Positions 26,130 through 37,196 of a stretch of 64,000 bases of DNA are shown here, in pieces. The notes beneath the pieces were generated by a model, which had not been told where the DNA came from, ran no database searches, and saw only the letters and a list, made by a program, of their open reading frames with translations. Source of the stretch: Candidatus Epilinea brevis (GTDB lineage Bacteria > Chloroflexota > Anaerolineae > Epilineales > Epilineaceae); NCBI GenBank assembly GCA_016710785.1, contig JADJUE010000006.1, forward strand, positions 9,841 to 73,840, given 5' to 3'. A program made the translations under genes and the position numbers. Every line of letters begins with the position of its first letter. The stretch's first letter is position 1.

Positions 26130-27134
26130 CTAGCCCTCTGCTGTGCCCGCAGGTCGCGGTAGACCGTATCGCTCAGCGAGCGCCGCCACCTGCCCCCGCA
26201 CGTGCTCGCGCATCGCTCGGGGCGCGAGTACCTCAGCCAGGGCGCCCCAGCCCTGCACCCAGGGGATCATCTCCGTCCAGTCGGCCACCGTCGCCCGCCA
26301 CTCGACGCCGCCGTCTTCCAGCTCTGTCAGCCTTTCCGACGGATGCCAACGCGTCTCGCGCAGCCGGTGTCCGGCCTCCGGGGCGAAGCGCAGGCGCACA
26401 TCCACGGGGTCCGCGGCGCTGATCCAGACGCCCCAGGCGCCGCGCAGCAGGGTTTCGGCGTCGAAATCCGCGGGCAGGTCGTAGGGCTCGTCGTGCAAGA
26501 TGTCTATGGAGCGGATCCGCTCCACCTTGAGCACCCGCGGCGCCCCTGGCGGTTCCAGCCAGCCGATGGCATAGGTGGTCATTCCCAGAGCGTAGGGCTC
26601 CATCAGCCAGATGGACAGGATTCGCTCAGCAGCCTGGCCCGGGCGGCTTTCGTAGCTCAGGCGCACCTTACGTCCTTGCGCCCAGGCCCGGGCCAAGGTG
26701 GACAGGCTCGTCAGGTACTGCGGATCCTCGCGCCGGTCCGGTCCGTCCACCGCGTCGGCCGAGCGGCTGACATGCCGGCCGATCAAGGGCGCCACGGGTT
26801 CAAGCGCCGTTCCGAGCTTGCGCAACGCCGATGCCGCGGACGGGTTGTGCCGGTCGCTCCGGGAGGTGTACAGGCGGGTGGCCAGGTGCACGGCCAGGCA
26901 TTCGTCAAGCGTCAGGCGAAGGCGCGTCAGGGAGTTGGCGGGGTCGATCCACAAGCGACCGTCGTCTTCCTCCACCAAGGCCAGCGCGTCGCTCAGGTCT
27001 TGGATGTCGCGCGTGACCGTCGAGCGGTTGACGCCCAGGCGTCGAGCCAACTCTACCCGCCGCAGACCCCGCGGATGGGACAGCAGCAATTGCTCCAGCT
27101 GCAGCAGGCGATCCGACTTCTTGGACCAACGCAT
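26130..27134 (-). CDS. WYL-domain transcriptional regulator (N-terminal HTH, central WYL, C-terminal WCX-like)
   Basis: 'RLLQLEQLLLSHPRGLRRVELARRLGVNRSTVTRDIQDL' HTH. 'RKVRLSYESRPGQAAERILSIWLMEPYALGMTTYAIGWLE' is a WYL-type segment. Start ATG 27134 chosen. Confidence 0.75.
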   Translation of the reverse strand: MRWSKKSDRLLQLEQLLLSHPRGLRRVELARRLGVNRSTVTRDIQDLSDALALVEEDDGRLWIDPANSLTRLRLTLDECLAVHLATRLYTSRSDRHNPSAASALRKLGTALEPVAPLIGRHVSRSADAVDGPDRREDPQYLTSLSTLARAWAQGRKVRLSYESRPGQAAERILSIWLMEPYALGMTTYAIGWLEPPGAPRVLKVERIRSIDILHDEPYDLPADFDAETLLRGAWGVWISAADPVDVRLRFAPEAGHRLRETRWHPSERLTELEDGGVEWRATVADWTEMIPWVQGWGALAEVLAPRAMREHVRGQVAALAERYGLPRPAGTAEG

Positions 27135-27166
27135 GGCCAACTTCCTTCTGCTGGTGTGCGTCCTGG

Positions 27167-27181
27167 GCGCGTCCGACGCGC
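27167..27181. promoter_or_regulatory. Perfect 15-bp palindrome GCGCGTCCGACGCGC 33 bp upstream of the WYL-regulator start; candidate operator
   Basis: Read from the sequence. Confidence 0.3.
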
Positions 27182-27242
27182 TCAGGATGCTGGCGATCGG
27201 TTGCAGAACGCGCAACGGCGCCGACGCAGACCCGTCCGACCC

Positions 27243-29899
27243 TCACTCCTCCCGCAGCACCCGCGCGATCGGCAGCCGGCGCAGGGCCAGCGCGCTCCAC
27301 AGACCCGCCACGAGGGCCGCGCCCAGGGCCAGGGCCAGGGCGGTCAGGAAGGGGGCGGCGTTGACCTGCGGCTGTATCGTCCAGCCGAAGGAGCGGCGGT
27401 TGACCACCCGGATCAGCAGCAGGGCCAAGGCCAGCCCGGTCGGCCAGCTGAAGAGGCCGGCGGCCAGGCCCATCAGGCTGGTCTCCAGCAGCGAGAGCGC
27501 CGTCATCTGGCCCTGGGTGAGCCCCATGGCGCGCAGGGTGGCCAGCTCGCGGGCGCGGCTGAGCTGCAGGGAGAGGAGTGTGGAGAGCACGCCGATGAAA
27601 GCCACCACCAGGGCCAGCAGCCGCAAGGCTCCTGTGACCGCGAAGGCGCGGTCGAAGACCGCAAGTACGTCCCGGCGCAGACCGCGGTTGGAGAGCACCG
27701 CCAGCCGCAGGCCCGGCTCCAGCGAGCCGGATGGGATGCGCAGCCTGCGGATGGCGACGCCGGAGCTGGGCGAGCCGGGATCGGGGTCGGGATCAGTCGC
27801 GTCGGCGAGCGCCTGGCGCAGCTCGGACGCGAAGCCCTCCGCGTCCTCGTCTTGCGCCAGCATCAGGGCTATCGAGCCGACGGCCGCGTCCCGCCAGTGG
27901 CGGCGGTAGACCCCGTCGGCCATGAAGACCACGCCCCGCTCGGAGCCGTAGTCATAGAAGACGCCGGCGATCGGGAAGCCCTGCGGCCCGTCGTCGGTGC
28001 TCAAGGTCAGACGATCGCCCAGGCCCAGGGAATGCCGGCGGGCGAAGGGCTCCGAGATCGCCACCGCGCCGTCCTCCACCGCCCGCCAGACCGCGGCGGC
28101 GCCACCCGGCGGGGCCACCAGGTAGGGCCGGTCGGCCCCGGCTATATCGCGACTGAGCGCCACCACGTCCACCGTGCCCAGCTGCGGCGAGCGCAGGGCC
28201 ACGTCACGGGCCGTGGCTACCTCGGCCACGCCCGGTAGCCCGGCCAGGGCCTCGGCGAGGCGCGGATCCAGCGTTCGCCCGCTGCGGGTGGCCGTGATGC
28301 CCGCCGGGGTCACGAAGATGTCCGCCTGCAGGGTCTGGCCCAACCAGATCTCCACCGTGCGCCGGAAGCTGCCCACCATCACGTCCACCCCGATCGAGAC
28401 GCAGACCGCCACCATCAGGGCCGCCGTCGCCACCGCGGTGCGGCTGAGGGAACGGGCGATGCCGCGCGGCGCCAGCCGGCCCACCGGGCCCAGCAGCAGG
28501 GCGCAGGGACGGGCCAGCAAGCGCATCAGGGCCAGGAGGCCCAGGGGCACCCAGAGCGCGAAGGCGAGCAGAAAGCAGGCCATGCCCACGAAGCCGGCGA
28601 CCACCCCCTGCCCCGGCCAGGCCAAGGCCCCCAGCCCCGCCAGGGCCACGGCGATGCCGAGGGCGGCCAGCCGCGGCGCGCTCGCGCGGCTGGCCGCTTC
28701 CTGCTCGGAGCGGCGCAGGGCGGTGACCGGGGGCACGCGGGTGGCCTCCAGCGCGGGCAGCAGCGCACCGATCAAGGACGCGCCCAGGCCGGCCAGGGCG
28801 CCCCAGACGAGGGTGGCCGCCGGCACCTCCACCTGGCGGACGGTGACCGTCATGTACAGGTCGTTGATGGGACCGGAAACCAGGGCCACCGCCCAGCGGC
28901 CCAGGATCAGTCCCAGGGCCAGGCCCACGGCGGTGCCTACGGCGCCTAGGAGCAGGGCTTCCAGCAGCAGCATCGCCTGAAGCTGCCCGCGCGTGACCCC
29001 CAGGGCCCGCAAGATGGCCAGGGTGCTGCGCCGTTGGACGACGCTGAAGCGCAGGGTGTTGAAGATCAGGAAGACCCCCACCAAGAGGGCCAGCAGGCTG
29101 AGGGCCCGCAGGTTCAGGCGGAAGGAGGCCGTCATGGCCGCCATGCTGCCTTCACCGCTTCCCGCCGGCTCGACCACCGCCCCCGGCGGCAGGAGGGCCG
29201 TGATCGCCGCCAGGCGTGCGGCCAGTGCCGGCCCTTCCGCCGGCAGGATCAGGTCGATGCGGTCCAGCCGGCCGCGCCGGCCCAGGAAAGCCTGCGCCGT
29301 GGCCAGATCCGTGAGCAGCAGGCCCTGCAGGGCGCGGCGGCTGAGGGCATCGGTGGGCCTGAGGAGGGCGACCACCCGCGCGTTCACCCGCCGGCCCTCC
29401 GCGTCCAGGGGCAGGCGGTCACCGGGCGCCAGACCCAGGCGGTCCGCCAGGTCCTGGCCCAGCAACACGGCATCGGGCTCCGTCAGAAGGGCGGCGAGCA
29501 GGTCGTCGCCCGGCGTGGTGTCATCCGGGCCCAAAAGCGTGCGGAAGGGCGCTTCGGCGAAGGGGTCCACGCCCAACAGGGTGAGGCTTTCGCCGCCCGG
29601 CCGGTCGATGCGGGCCTCGCCCTGCACCACCGGCGCGCCCAGCACCAGCCCGAGGGAGCCGCGCAGCCGGACATAAAGGGCTTCGTCCAGCCGCCGGCCG
29701 TCGCCGACGATGCGGTGGGTGGCGCGGCCGGCCACCGTCTCCTGTGACAGACGGAAGGCGGCCATGGCGCTCTGGTTGGCCAGCTCGACGGCGACGAAGA
29801 CCGCCACGCCAAGGGCCACGCCCAGAACCAGGAGGCCCGACTGCAGCGGCCGGCGCCGCGCCTGGGACCAGGCGATGCGTGCCAGCGGGGCCAACGGGA

Positions 29900-29903
<4 letters not shown>
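27243..29903 (-). CDS. ABC transporter permease with two FtsX-like domains (MacB/YbbP-type)
   Basis: 886 aa with duplicated 'FtsX' four-helix modules. N-term 'SQARRRPLQSGLLVLGVALGVAVFVAV' is typical. Start (TTG) overlaps the ATPase stop (TTGA). Confidence 0.85.
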
Positions 29904-30595
<692 letters not shown>

Positions 30596-30669
30596 GTGCA
30601 GGTCGACGGGGCTGAAGGAGGCTGGCGGGCCGACGCGATCGGCGATGGCAGGATCGTCAGAAAGGGGGA

Positions 30670-30697
30670 TTGACGAACGGAAAAAGAATGTTAGCAT
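30670..30697 (+). promoter_or_regulatory. Putative promoter TTGACG-N16-TAGCAT ending 7 nt before the ATG of the 30705 gene (possible leaderless transcript)
   Basis: Hexamers read from the sequence. No RBS between the -10 and the ATG. Confidence 0.35.
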
Positions 30698-30704
30698 ATA
30701 GATC

Positions 30705-32018
30705 ATGGAGCCTTGGCGCGTCTGGTTCCGTCGCTTCGCCGTCCGACCCGTTCTGGGGGCGGCCGTTCTGGCTTGCACCGCGACTGTCGGCTTGCTCCTC
30801 CTGCCCCTGCCCCTGGCCGCCGAAGATGACGCGGACGGTTGCCGTGTAGATGTGCAGCAGACCGTCAACCCCGCCGTCATCCTGTTGGGCGAGACCATCG
30901 AGGTCAGGCTGATCCTGCAGCCGCGATGCGGCCAGTCGGCCGGCCAGCCGCTGCATGTGGTGCTGGCCATCGACACCTCGGGGTCGATGCAGGGCCAGCC
31001 GATCATGCAGGCCGAGAACGCGGCGCGCCACTTCATCGAGGACCTGAACCTCGCCGACCATCCGAGCACATCGGTGGGAATCGTCAGCTTCAACAACAGC
31101 GCCGAGACAATCTGCGCCTTGACCAACCAGAGCAAGACGCTGAGCGGCTGCTTGAACAAGCTCGGCAATGCCCCTACAGGCGGCACGGACATCGCCGCGG
31201 GGCTCGTGGAGGCCGGCGAGTTGCTGAAGAAGGGGCGCAAGCAGTCGGCGACCCGCCCCTTGGCGGCCGTGCTGCTGCTCTCCAATGGGACGAATCAGGC
31301 TGGTTGCCATCCGGTGGAACGTGCCGCCAGCGACCTGAAGCGCGATGGCGCGCTCCTGGGAACGGTCTGCGTCGGGGCGGACTGCGACCAGGACTGCATG
31401 CGCAAGGCCGCCAGCCAGCCCCGTTTCGCCTTGGCGGTGACCGACGCGGGTCAGCTGGCCAGCGCCTTTGACAAGCTGCGCCGGGAGATGGTGGACGTGG
31501 TCCTGGAGGACGCCAACATCACCCAGCTACTGCCACCCGATGTCACCCTGGTGGGCGTCGGCGCACCCGGTGAGCCCGAGCCGCGTATCGACGACGATCC
31601 GGTCGAGGGAGCCTCGCTGCGCTGGAAGGTGCCGTTGTTGGCCAAGGCCGGCCTGACCCTGACCTACCGTGTCCGGCCCACCCGCCTCGGCGAGCAGCCC
31701 AGCGGTCTCCGGGCCTGGACCGTCATCAGGCGCAGCGACGGGGGAGGGTTGCAGGCGGACTTCCCCCAGCGGACGATCCTGGTGCTTCAAGCGCCCTTGG
31801 AACCGCCCACCGCCGCGCCTTCGCCTACCAGGACACCCGTCCCGCCGACCCGTGTGGCTACGGCCATCCCTTCGGCAACGCCGGCGGTCATCGCTACGGC
31901 CAACGTCAAGCGTGTCGTCCACCGCGCCTTCCTGCCCCGGATGCAGAAGCCGCGGCTGGACGATCCCGATTCCGGCCTGCAGCAAGCCCAGCTCTTCCCC
32001 TTCCGCGATCGGCCCTGA
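30705..32018 (+). CDS. Secreted vWA-domain protein with C-terminal Pro/Thr-rich tail
   Basis: Signal-like 'AVLACTATVGLLLLPLPLAA'. 'LHVVLAIDTSGSMQGQP...LLLSNGTNQ' is vWA with MIDAS. C-terminal linker then 'AFLPRMQ'. Confidence 0.8.
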   Translation: MEPWRVWFRRFAVRPVLGAAVLACTATVGLLLLPLPLAAEDDADGCRVDVQQTVNPAVILLGETIEVRLILQPRCGQSAGQPLHVVLAIDTSGSMQGQPIMQAENAARHFIEDLNLADHPSTSVGIVSFNNSAETICALTNQSKTLSGCLNKLGNAPTGGTDIAAGLVEAGELLKKGRKQSATRPLAAVLLLSNGTNQAGCHPVERAASDLKRDGALLGTVCVGADCDQDCMRKAASQPRFALAVTDAGQLASAFDKLRREMVDVVLEDANITQLLPPDVTLVGVGAPGEPEPRIDDDPVEGASLRWKVPLLAKAGLTLTYRVRPTRLGEQPSGLRAWTVIRRSDGGGLQADFPQRTILVLQAPLEPPTAAPSPTRTPVPPTRVATAIPSATPAVIATANVKRVVHRAFLPRMQKPRLDDPDSGLQQAQLFPFRDRP

Positions 32019-32055
32019 GCCGTCGCCGGCTGGCCTCACCCGCTACAGTTTGCAC

Positions 32056-32892
32056 GTGAACCTACCGCCTTTGGCGGCTGACCTCGATGCTGCGCGCCTT
32101 CGCGCCGCCCTTGCCGGCTGCCCTTTGGGCCTGCCGCTGGAGGTCCACGCCGAGCTGGCCTCTACCATGGATCGCCTGGCGCGGCTGGCCGATGCGGGCG
32201 CGCCGTCGGGCGCCATGGTCATCGCCGACCAGCAGACCGCGGGGCGCGGTCGCCTGGGCCGGTCCTGGCAGGCGGAGCCCGGCCAGGCGCTGATGTTCTC
32301 GCTGCTGCTGCGTCCGCCGCCCGCCCTGCAAAGCCCAGAACGCCTGGCCCAGTTGCCGATGGCCCTGGCCCTGGGAGCCTTGGCCGCGTTGCGCCTGCGG
32401 CTGCCCGACCCGAGCGCGGCGGCGCTGAAATGGCCCAACGACCTGCTGCTGGCGGGGCGCAAGGCGGCGGGGATGCTGACCGAGCTGGCCTGGGACGAGG
32501 CCGGTCCGCGCGTCATCGTGGGCTTGGGTCTGAACCTCCGCCAGCGCGCCTTTCCGGGCCTCCCTGACGCCACCAGCCTGGCCCTCGCGCTGCAAGCCGC
32601 GGTCGAGGACGAGGACCCGCGCCTCCATCGCGGCGACCTGGCGGCGGACCTGCTGCGCGCCGCGGCGGCGGAGCTGGCGCGGCTGGCCGACGGGGAGGCA
32701 TTGACGCCGCGCTGGGCGGCAGAGCTGGCCACCTTGGGGCGGTGGGTGCGGGTGCGGCGCCTGGAGGAGGACGGCGGGGTGCTTGAGGGGCTGGCCGAGG
32801 GTGTCGCCGCCGACGGCGCGCTGCTGCTGCGGACCGAGGCTGGCGTCCTGCTGCAGCTGCGAGCCGGAGATGTAAGCCTGTCCGGCGGCTAG
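32056..32892 (+). CDS. birA: Biotin--[acetyl-CoA-carboxylase] ligase (catalytic domain; no N-terminal HTH evident)
   Basis: 'QTAGRGRLGRSW' is the GRGRxGRxW biotin-ligase signature. 'KWPNDLLLAGRKAAGMLTE'. Start GTG 32056 or TTG 32050 inferred. Confidence 0.8.
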   Translation: MNLPPLAADLDAARLRAALAGCPLGLPLEVHAELASTMDRLARLADAGAPSGAMVIADQQTAGRGRLGRSWQAEPGQALMFSLLLRPPPALQSPERLAQLPMALALGALAALRLRLPDPSAAALKWPNDLLLAGRKAAGMLTELAWDEAGPRVIVGLGLNLRQRAFPGLPDATSLALALQAAVEDEDPRLHRGDLAADLLRAAAAELARLADGEALTPRWAAELATLGRWVRVRRLEEDGGVLEGLAEGVAADGALLLRTEAGVLLQLRAGDVSLSGG

Positions 32893-32893
32893 C

Positions 32894-33529
32894 TCACTCG
32901 CCCATGCCGCCGCCGCCCTGTGCCGCACCGGCACCCTCCGCCATCGACTGCGACGGGATCAGTCCGCCGTCGTCGTACGCGGTCGCGTCCAGCAGATCCC
33001 CGTCGCCCCAGACCTCCAGACGCCCCAGCTCCGGCTTCCATACCAGCTCGAAACGCTCGGGAGGGCGTTTGCCCTGGGCATAGCCGATACGCGACACGCG
33101 GTGGACCATCAGGCCGCGATTCAGTTCCTCGGCGACATAATGCTCCCTGCCACCCGGCGCGGCCAGCAGGACGGCGTGCAGCCGTCCGTCGGGGCTGGTC
33201 GAGCGTAGCACTGCACTGTCGCGCATGATCACCAGGAGCAGGCTGAAGAAGGTGGTCATGGCCAAGAGCACCACCTGCAGCACCGCGGGCCCGAACCAGT
33301 CCAGCCGCACCTGGGGCAGCCGCTGATGGATGCCTCGCCAGCCCAGGACCCACAGCCAGGTCAGGGCCAGGATCGCGGCGGTGGGTACGGTGGCCGGGTT
33401 CAGGTCGTTGGCCACCGACCAGGGGAGGAAGGCGAGGATGGCGACCAGGGCCAGCCAGATGGCTGACCAGGGAACGGCGAGTCGCCGCCGTCGGCGCTGG
33501 TCGATGACCGGGAAGGAGAGGCTGTCCAT
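32894..33529 (-). CDS. Hypothetical integral membrane protein (~211 aa)
   Basis: This is the downstream part of a long spurious ORF. From 'MDSLSFPVIDQRRRRRLAVPW' onward it has clear TM helices and protein-like composition. Confidence 0.5.
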   Translation of the reverse strand: MDSLSFPVIDQRRRRRLAVPWSAIWLALVAILAFLPWSVANDLNPATVPTAAILALTWLWVLGWRGIHQRLPQVRLDWFGPAVLQVVLLAMTTFFSLLLVIMRDSAVLRSTSPDGRLHAVLLAAPGGREHYVAEELNRGLMVHRVSRIGYAQGKRPPERFELVWKPELGRLEVWGDGDLLDATAYDDGGLIPSQSMAEGAGAAQGGGGMGE

Positions 33530-33618
33530 GAAAGGCTCCGTTGACGACATCGCCGGTGATGAGGGTTGTGTACGTGCGAGGCGGCCGCGGGGTTCACGGG
33601 CCCGGGGCGTGGGCGCCG

Positions 33619-35340
33619 TCAGGGGCCGCGCCGCAGCCAGTCTGCGGACCGGTCGCCGACCTTGGGGTCCTCCGGGTTGGCGCTGGTGATCTGATGGTAG
33701 GCCGAGATCCAGCGCACCAGCTCCTCGTCGCGCTTGTCCTGCTCGGCGCGCTGGATGGCGGCCAGCCGTTGATCCAGACGCAGGAAGATCTCGTCCTGCA
33801 CCGCCTGCGGATTGCGCACCGAATCGAAGGTGAAGCTGCCGGATTCGGCGGCCGTTTCGATGATCACATCGCCGAAGCGCAGGATGGCGGCCAAGGGGTT
33901 GGGGATGACGAAGCGCACGTCCTGCACCTGCCCCAGCGGTGCCTGCCGCTGTTCGGCGAAGATGCCCAGGGGGCGGCGGTTGATATCGATGACCAGTTCC
34001 CGCGTCACCACGTAGAGGTCGTTGCGCCAGTCCTCGAAGACCCACCAGGCCCAAGCCAGGAGGCCCAGCCACAGCAACAGACCCCCGGCCGCCAGCGGTC
34101 CCGCCAGCGGCCCGGAGCCCACCAGGGCGGCCAGCAGCGCCCCCGTGGCCAGGAGCCACAGGCCGATGGGCAGCCAGCCGTCCCGTAGCAGGCTCCACCA
34201 ATGCTTGCGGAAGGTGATGGTGCCGTCCGGGGCCTCGGTGCGCGCCGCCGGCAGGAGGTAGCGGAAGGCGCGCAGGAGGAGGCCTGGCCGCTGCACCTGG
34301 GCCACGTCGGCCTGGCTGGCCACACGCAAGGGCTCGTCGCCCGGCGTGGAGCCGTGGCCCATGGCCCCCAGCACCTTGCGCGCGATCATCACCTGGCGCT
34401 CGGAACCGGCGCGGTCGCGGGCGCGGCCGACCTGCTCGAAGATGAGGTCGCGGGCCTGACGCGGGTGGCGGACGCGGTCGAAGCCCAGCTTGCCTCTGGC
34501 CCCCGCGGTCTGGACGAAGATGTCGCCGTAATCCAGCAGCCGGGCCATCAGGCTGGGCTGCACGAAACGCACGTCCTGCACCCGATCCAGCCGCGCCGCC
34601 GAGCGCCGTTCGTCGATCCAGGGTTTGCGTTCCACGTTCATCACCCGGCGGTTGGTCACCACCAGGCAGTCGTGCCAGTAATCGTAGAAGGCGTAGGTCG
34701 CGGCCGCGCCGGTGGCCAAGAGCGCCAGTCCGGCCAGGGCCGCCAACGCCGATGGCCCCAGAACGCCGGCCGAAGCCACCAACCAGACCAGACCGGCCGA
34801 GCCGAGGAAGACCATCAGGGGGAACCCGACCAGACCCGGCAGCACGGTGAGCGGATGGCGCCGGAAGATGGTGATGGTCCGCTCTCCGCCAGGGCCTCGG
34901 CCGCCCGAAGGCACCCGCAGGCGTTCGCGCAATTCGTCCGGCAGCACCAACAGGTCCAGCAGCTGGGCGTCGGAACGCAGGATCTCCCAGAGGACCTCGC
35001 CGTCCAGGACCAGCAGCCTGACCCGGTCGAAGGCCAAGGCGGTGCTGTCGCGCGGTTCGTCGGCGAAGACGCCGCGCGAACCGATGACGGTGCCGTAGCC
35101 CGACATGCCTTGGTGCACCTGGCCGCCGTCCGGGCTCTGCTGTTGGAAGCTGACCATGCCGTCGATGACGATCCACAGGGTAGCGTCCACCCGTCCTTGC
35201 GCTGCGATGATCGCGCCCGCCGCGTGTTCCACCTGCTGCACCACCGGAGCGAGCGCCAGCAAGGCCCGCCGCGGCAGGTTGGCGAAGAGCGATGTGGCCG
35301 CCAGATGGGCCACCACCTGATCCAGGCTGACGGCGTTCAC
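33619..35340 (-). CDS. Cyclic-nucleotide-binding domain protein fused to two membrane-anchored bacterial PH (bPH_2 / YdbS-YdbT-like) domains
   Basis: N-term 'LFANLPRRALLALAPVVQQVEHAAGAIIAAQGRVDATLWIVIDGMVSF' is cNMP-binding-like. Two repeats of TM hairpin plus 'DxLxVTNRRV...IxxV' bPH-like modules. GTG start overlaps the uvrC stop (GTGA). Confidence 0.7.
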   Translation of the reverse strand: MNAVSLDQVVAHLAATSLFANLPRRALLALAPVVQQVEHAAGAIIAAQGRVDATLWIVIDGMVSFQQQSPDGGQVHQGMSGYGTVIGSRGVFADEPRDSTALAFDRVRLLVLDGEVLWEILRSDAQLLDLLVLPDELRERLRVPSGGRGPGGERTITIFRRHPLTVLPGLVGFPLMVFLGSAGLVWLVASAGVLGPSALAALAGLALLATGAAATYAFYDYWHDCLVVTNRRVMNVERKPWIDERRSAARLDRVQDVRFVQPSLMARLLDYGDIFVQTAGARGKLGFDRVRHPRQARDLIFEQVGRARDRAGSERQVMIARKVLGAMGHGSTPGDEPLRVASQADVAQVQRPGLLLRAFRYLLPAARTEAPDGTITFRKHWWSLLRDGWLPIGLWLLATGALLAALVGSGPLAGPLAAGGLLLWLGLLAWAWWVFEDWRNDLYVVTRELVIDINRRPLGIFAEQRQAPLGQVQDVRFVIPNPLAAILRFGDVIIETAAESGSFTFDSVRNPQAVQDEIFLRLDQRLAAIQRAEQDKRDEELVRWISAYHQITSANPEDPKVGDRSADWLRRGP

Positions 35341-37196
35341 AGGTAGGCCTTCAGTTCCTCCGCCGCGCGGCGGGTCATGCCGGGGACGGCCGCCAGGGCA
35401 TCCACCGAGGCGTTGCGAATGCCGTCCACCGAACCGAAATGCACCAGGAGCATTCGCCGCCGTTTGGGCCCGATGCCCGGCGCGTCGTCCAGGTTGGAGC
35501 GCAGGCCGCTGGCATTGCGCAGCTTGCGGTTGTAGCTGATGGCGAACCGGTGGGCCTCGTCGCGGCAGCGCTGGACCAGGTACAGGGCCTGGCTGTCCCG
35601 CGGCAGGATGACCGGGTCGCGCTGGCCGGGCAGAAAGAGCTGCTCGCGCTGCTTGGCCAGCGAAACCAGCGGTATCGCGTCCAGGCCCAGGCCTTCCATG
35701 ACCTGCCGGGCCCGGCTCAGCTGCCCCTTGCCGCCATCGACAAGGACCAGGTCCGGCGCCCGTTCGAAGGCCCCCGTCCGGGCGCCCGGCTCCACCAGGC
35801 CCGCGACCAGGGCTTCGCGGTGGCGGCAGAGCCGTTCGAAGCGCCGCGACAGCAGTTCGGCCATGGCCGCGAAGTCGTCCTGGCCGTCCAGGCTCTTGAT
35901 GCGAAAATGGCGGTAATCGCCCTTGTCCGGCGCGGCGTCCACGAAGACGACCATGGAGCCCACGGTATGGGTGCCCTGCAAGGTGGAGATGTCATAGCAT
36001 TCGATGCGGCGCGGCAGCTCGCTCAAGCCCAGGGCATCGCGCAGTTCGGCCATGGCCTGTTCGGCAACGCCGTCCTCGCTCTCGGCGCTGTGGGCCGCCT
36101 GCAGCACGCGCAAGGTCTCGGCGGCGTTGCTGACGGCCACGTCCACCAGCTCCCGCTTGCGGCCGCGCTGGGGCACGGTCAAACGCACCTTTGTGCCCCG
36201 TCGTTCAGCCAGCCAGCGCTCGATGATCTCGCTCTCGGCAATATGCTCCGGCAGTACGATCTCACCCGGCACCTTGGCCCCGTCGTCGTAGAACTGCTTG
36301 ATGAAGGCCGCCAGGAGCTCATCGGGGGATTCGGCGGCGCCGGAGAGCTGGAAGCTCTCGCGCCCGATGAGCTTGCCGTTGCGCACGAAGAAGACCTGGG
36401 CCACGGCTGCCCCGTCCTCCCGGGCCACCGCCACCACGTCCTGGTCGGAGAGGGTGGGGGCGATGATGCGCTGCCGCTCGACCACCTGCTCGATGGCCAG
36501 CACCCGGTCCCGGACGCGCGCCGCCCGTTCGAACTCCAGGCGCGTGGCATGGGCGGCCATCTCCTCGCGCAAGCGGTCCAGCACCTCCTGGGAATGGCCG
36601 TCCAGAAAGCGGCAGAGACCATCGATCATGGTCCGGTAGCCGGCCTGGTCCACCGCCCCCACGCAGGGGCCCAGGCAGAGGCCGATGTCCAGGTACAGGC
36701 AGGCGCGCGGGTCGCGGCCGGAGATGGTGCGGTCGCAGTCCAGGAAGGGAAAGACCTTGCGCAAGGCCCCCAGGGTCTCGCGCATGGCCGCCGCGCTGCT
36801 GTAGGGCCCGAAGTAGCGCGAACCGTCCTGCAGCACCCGTCGCGTGGCAAAGACCTTGGGAAAGCGTTCGCCCCAGGTGACCTTGATGTAGGGGTAGCGC
36901 TTGTCGTCCTTCAGCAGGATGTTGTAGCGCGGGCGATGCTCCTTGATGAGGTTCATCTCCAGGAGCAGGGCCTCCAGCTCGGAGGCGGTCACGATCCATT
37001 CCAGATCGGTGATATGGCTGACCAGGCGCTGCGTCTTGGGTTCCAGGCGCGCGGACTGGTGGAAGTAGGAGCGCACCCGGTTGCGCAGGTTGACGGCCTT
37101 GCCGACGTACAGCAACTCACCACCCTCCGCGTAGTACTGGTACACGCCGGGTACGGTGGGCAGGCTGTCGAGTTTGGACTGCAGGGCAGGAGGCAT
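35337..37196 (-). CDS. uvrC: Excinuclease ABC subunit C
   Basis: GIY-YIG 'VPGVYQYYAEGGELLYVGKAVNLRNRVRSYF', UvrBC and RNaseH-like middle, C-terminal HhH 'GIGPKRRRMLLVHFGSVDGIRNASVDAL'. Start ATG 37196 chosen within the longer ORF. Confidence 0.9.
   Translation of the reverse strand: MPPALQSKLDSLPTVPGVYQYYAEGGELLYVGKAVNLRNRVRSYFHQSARLEPKTQRLVSHITDLEWIVTASELEALLLEMNLIKEHRPRYNILLKDDKRYPYIKVTWGERFPKVFATRRVLQDGSRYFGPYSSAAAMRETLGALRKVFPFLDCDRTISGRDPRACLYLDIGLCLGPCVGAVDQAGYRTMIDGLCRFLDGHSQEVLDRLREEMAAHATRLEFERAARVRDRVLAIEQVVERQRIIAPTLSDQDVVAVAREDGAAVAQVFFVRNGKLIGRESFQLSGAAESPDELLAAFIKQFYDDGAKVPGEIVLPEHIAESEIIERWLAERRGTKVRLTVPQRGRKRELVDVAVSNAAETLRVLQAAHSAESEDGVAEQAMAELRDALGLSELPRRIECYDISTLQGTHTVGSMVVFVDAAPDKGDYRHFRIKSLDGQDDFAAMAELLSRRFERLCRHREALVAGLVEPGARTGAFERAPDLVLVDGGKGQLSRARQVMEGLGLDAIPLVSLAKQREQLFLPGQRDPVILPRDSQALYLVQRCRDEAHRFAISYNRKLRNASGLRSNLDDAPGIGPKRRRMLLVHFGSVDGIRNASVDALAAVPGMTRRAAEELKAYL

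Noticed and set aside
26202-28238. 678-aa plus-strand ORF across the WYL and permease genes; similarly 24550-26034(+), 38714-40021(-), 42324-44069(-), 45961-47463(-), 48236-49708(-), 50993-52276(+), 55353-56495(-), 59696-62842(-)
   Set aside because: All are antisense or alternative-frame overprints of well-supported genes with extreme Arg/Gly/Pro/Ala bias. Long stop-free frames are expected by chance at ~70% GC.
33530-35176. Upstream 550 aa of the 760-aa ORF 32894-35176(-)
   Set aside because: Different frame overlapping the well-supported cNMP/bPH gene; translation is Arg/Gly/Pro-rich nonsense. Only the last ~211 aa (32894-33529) look like a real membrane protein.
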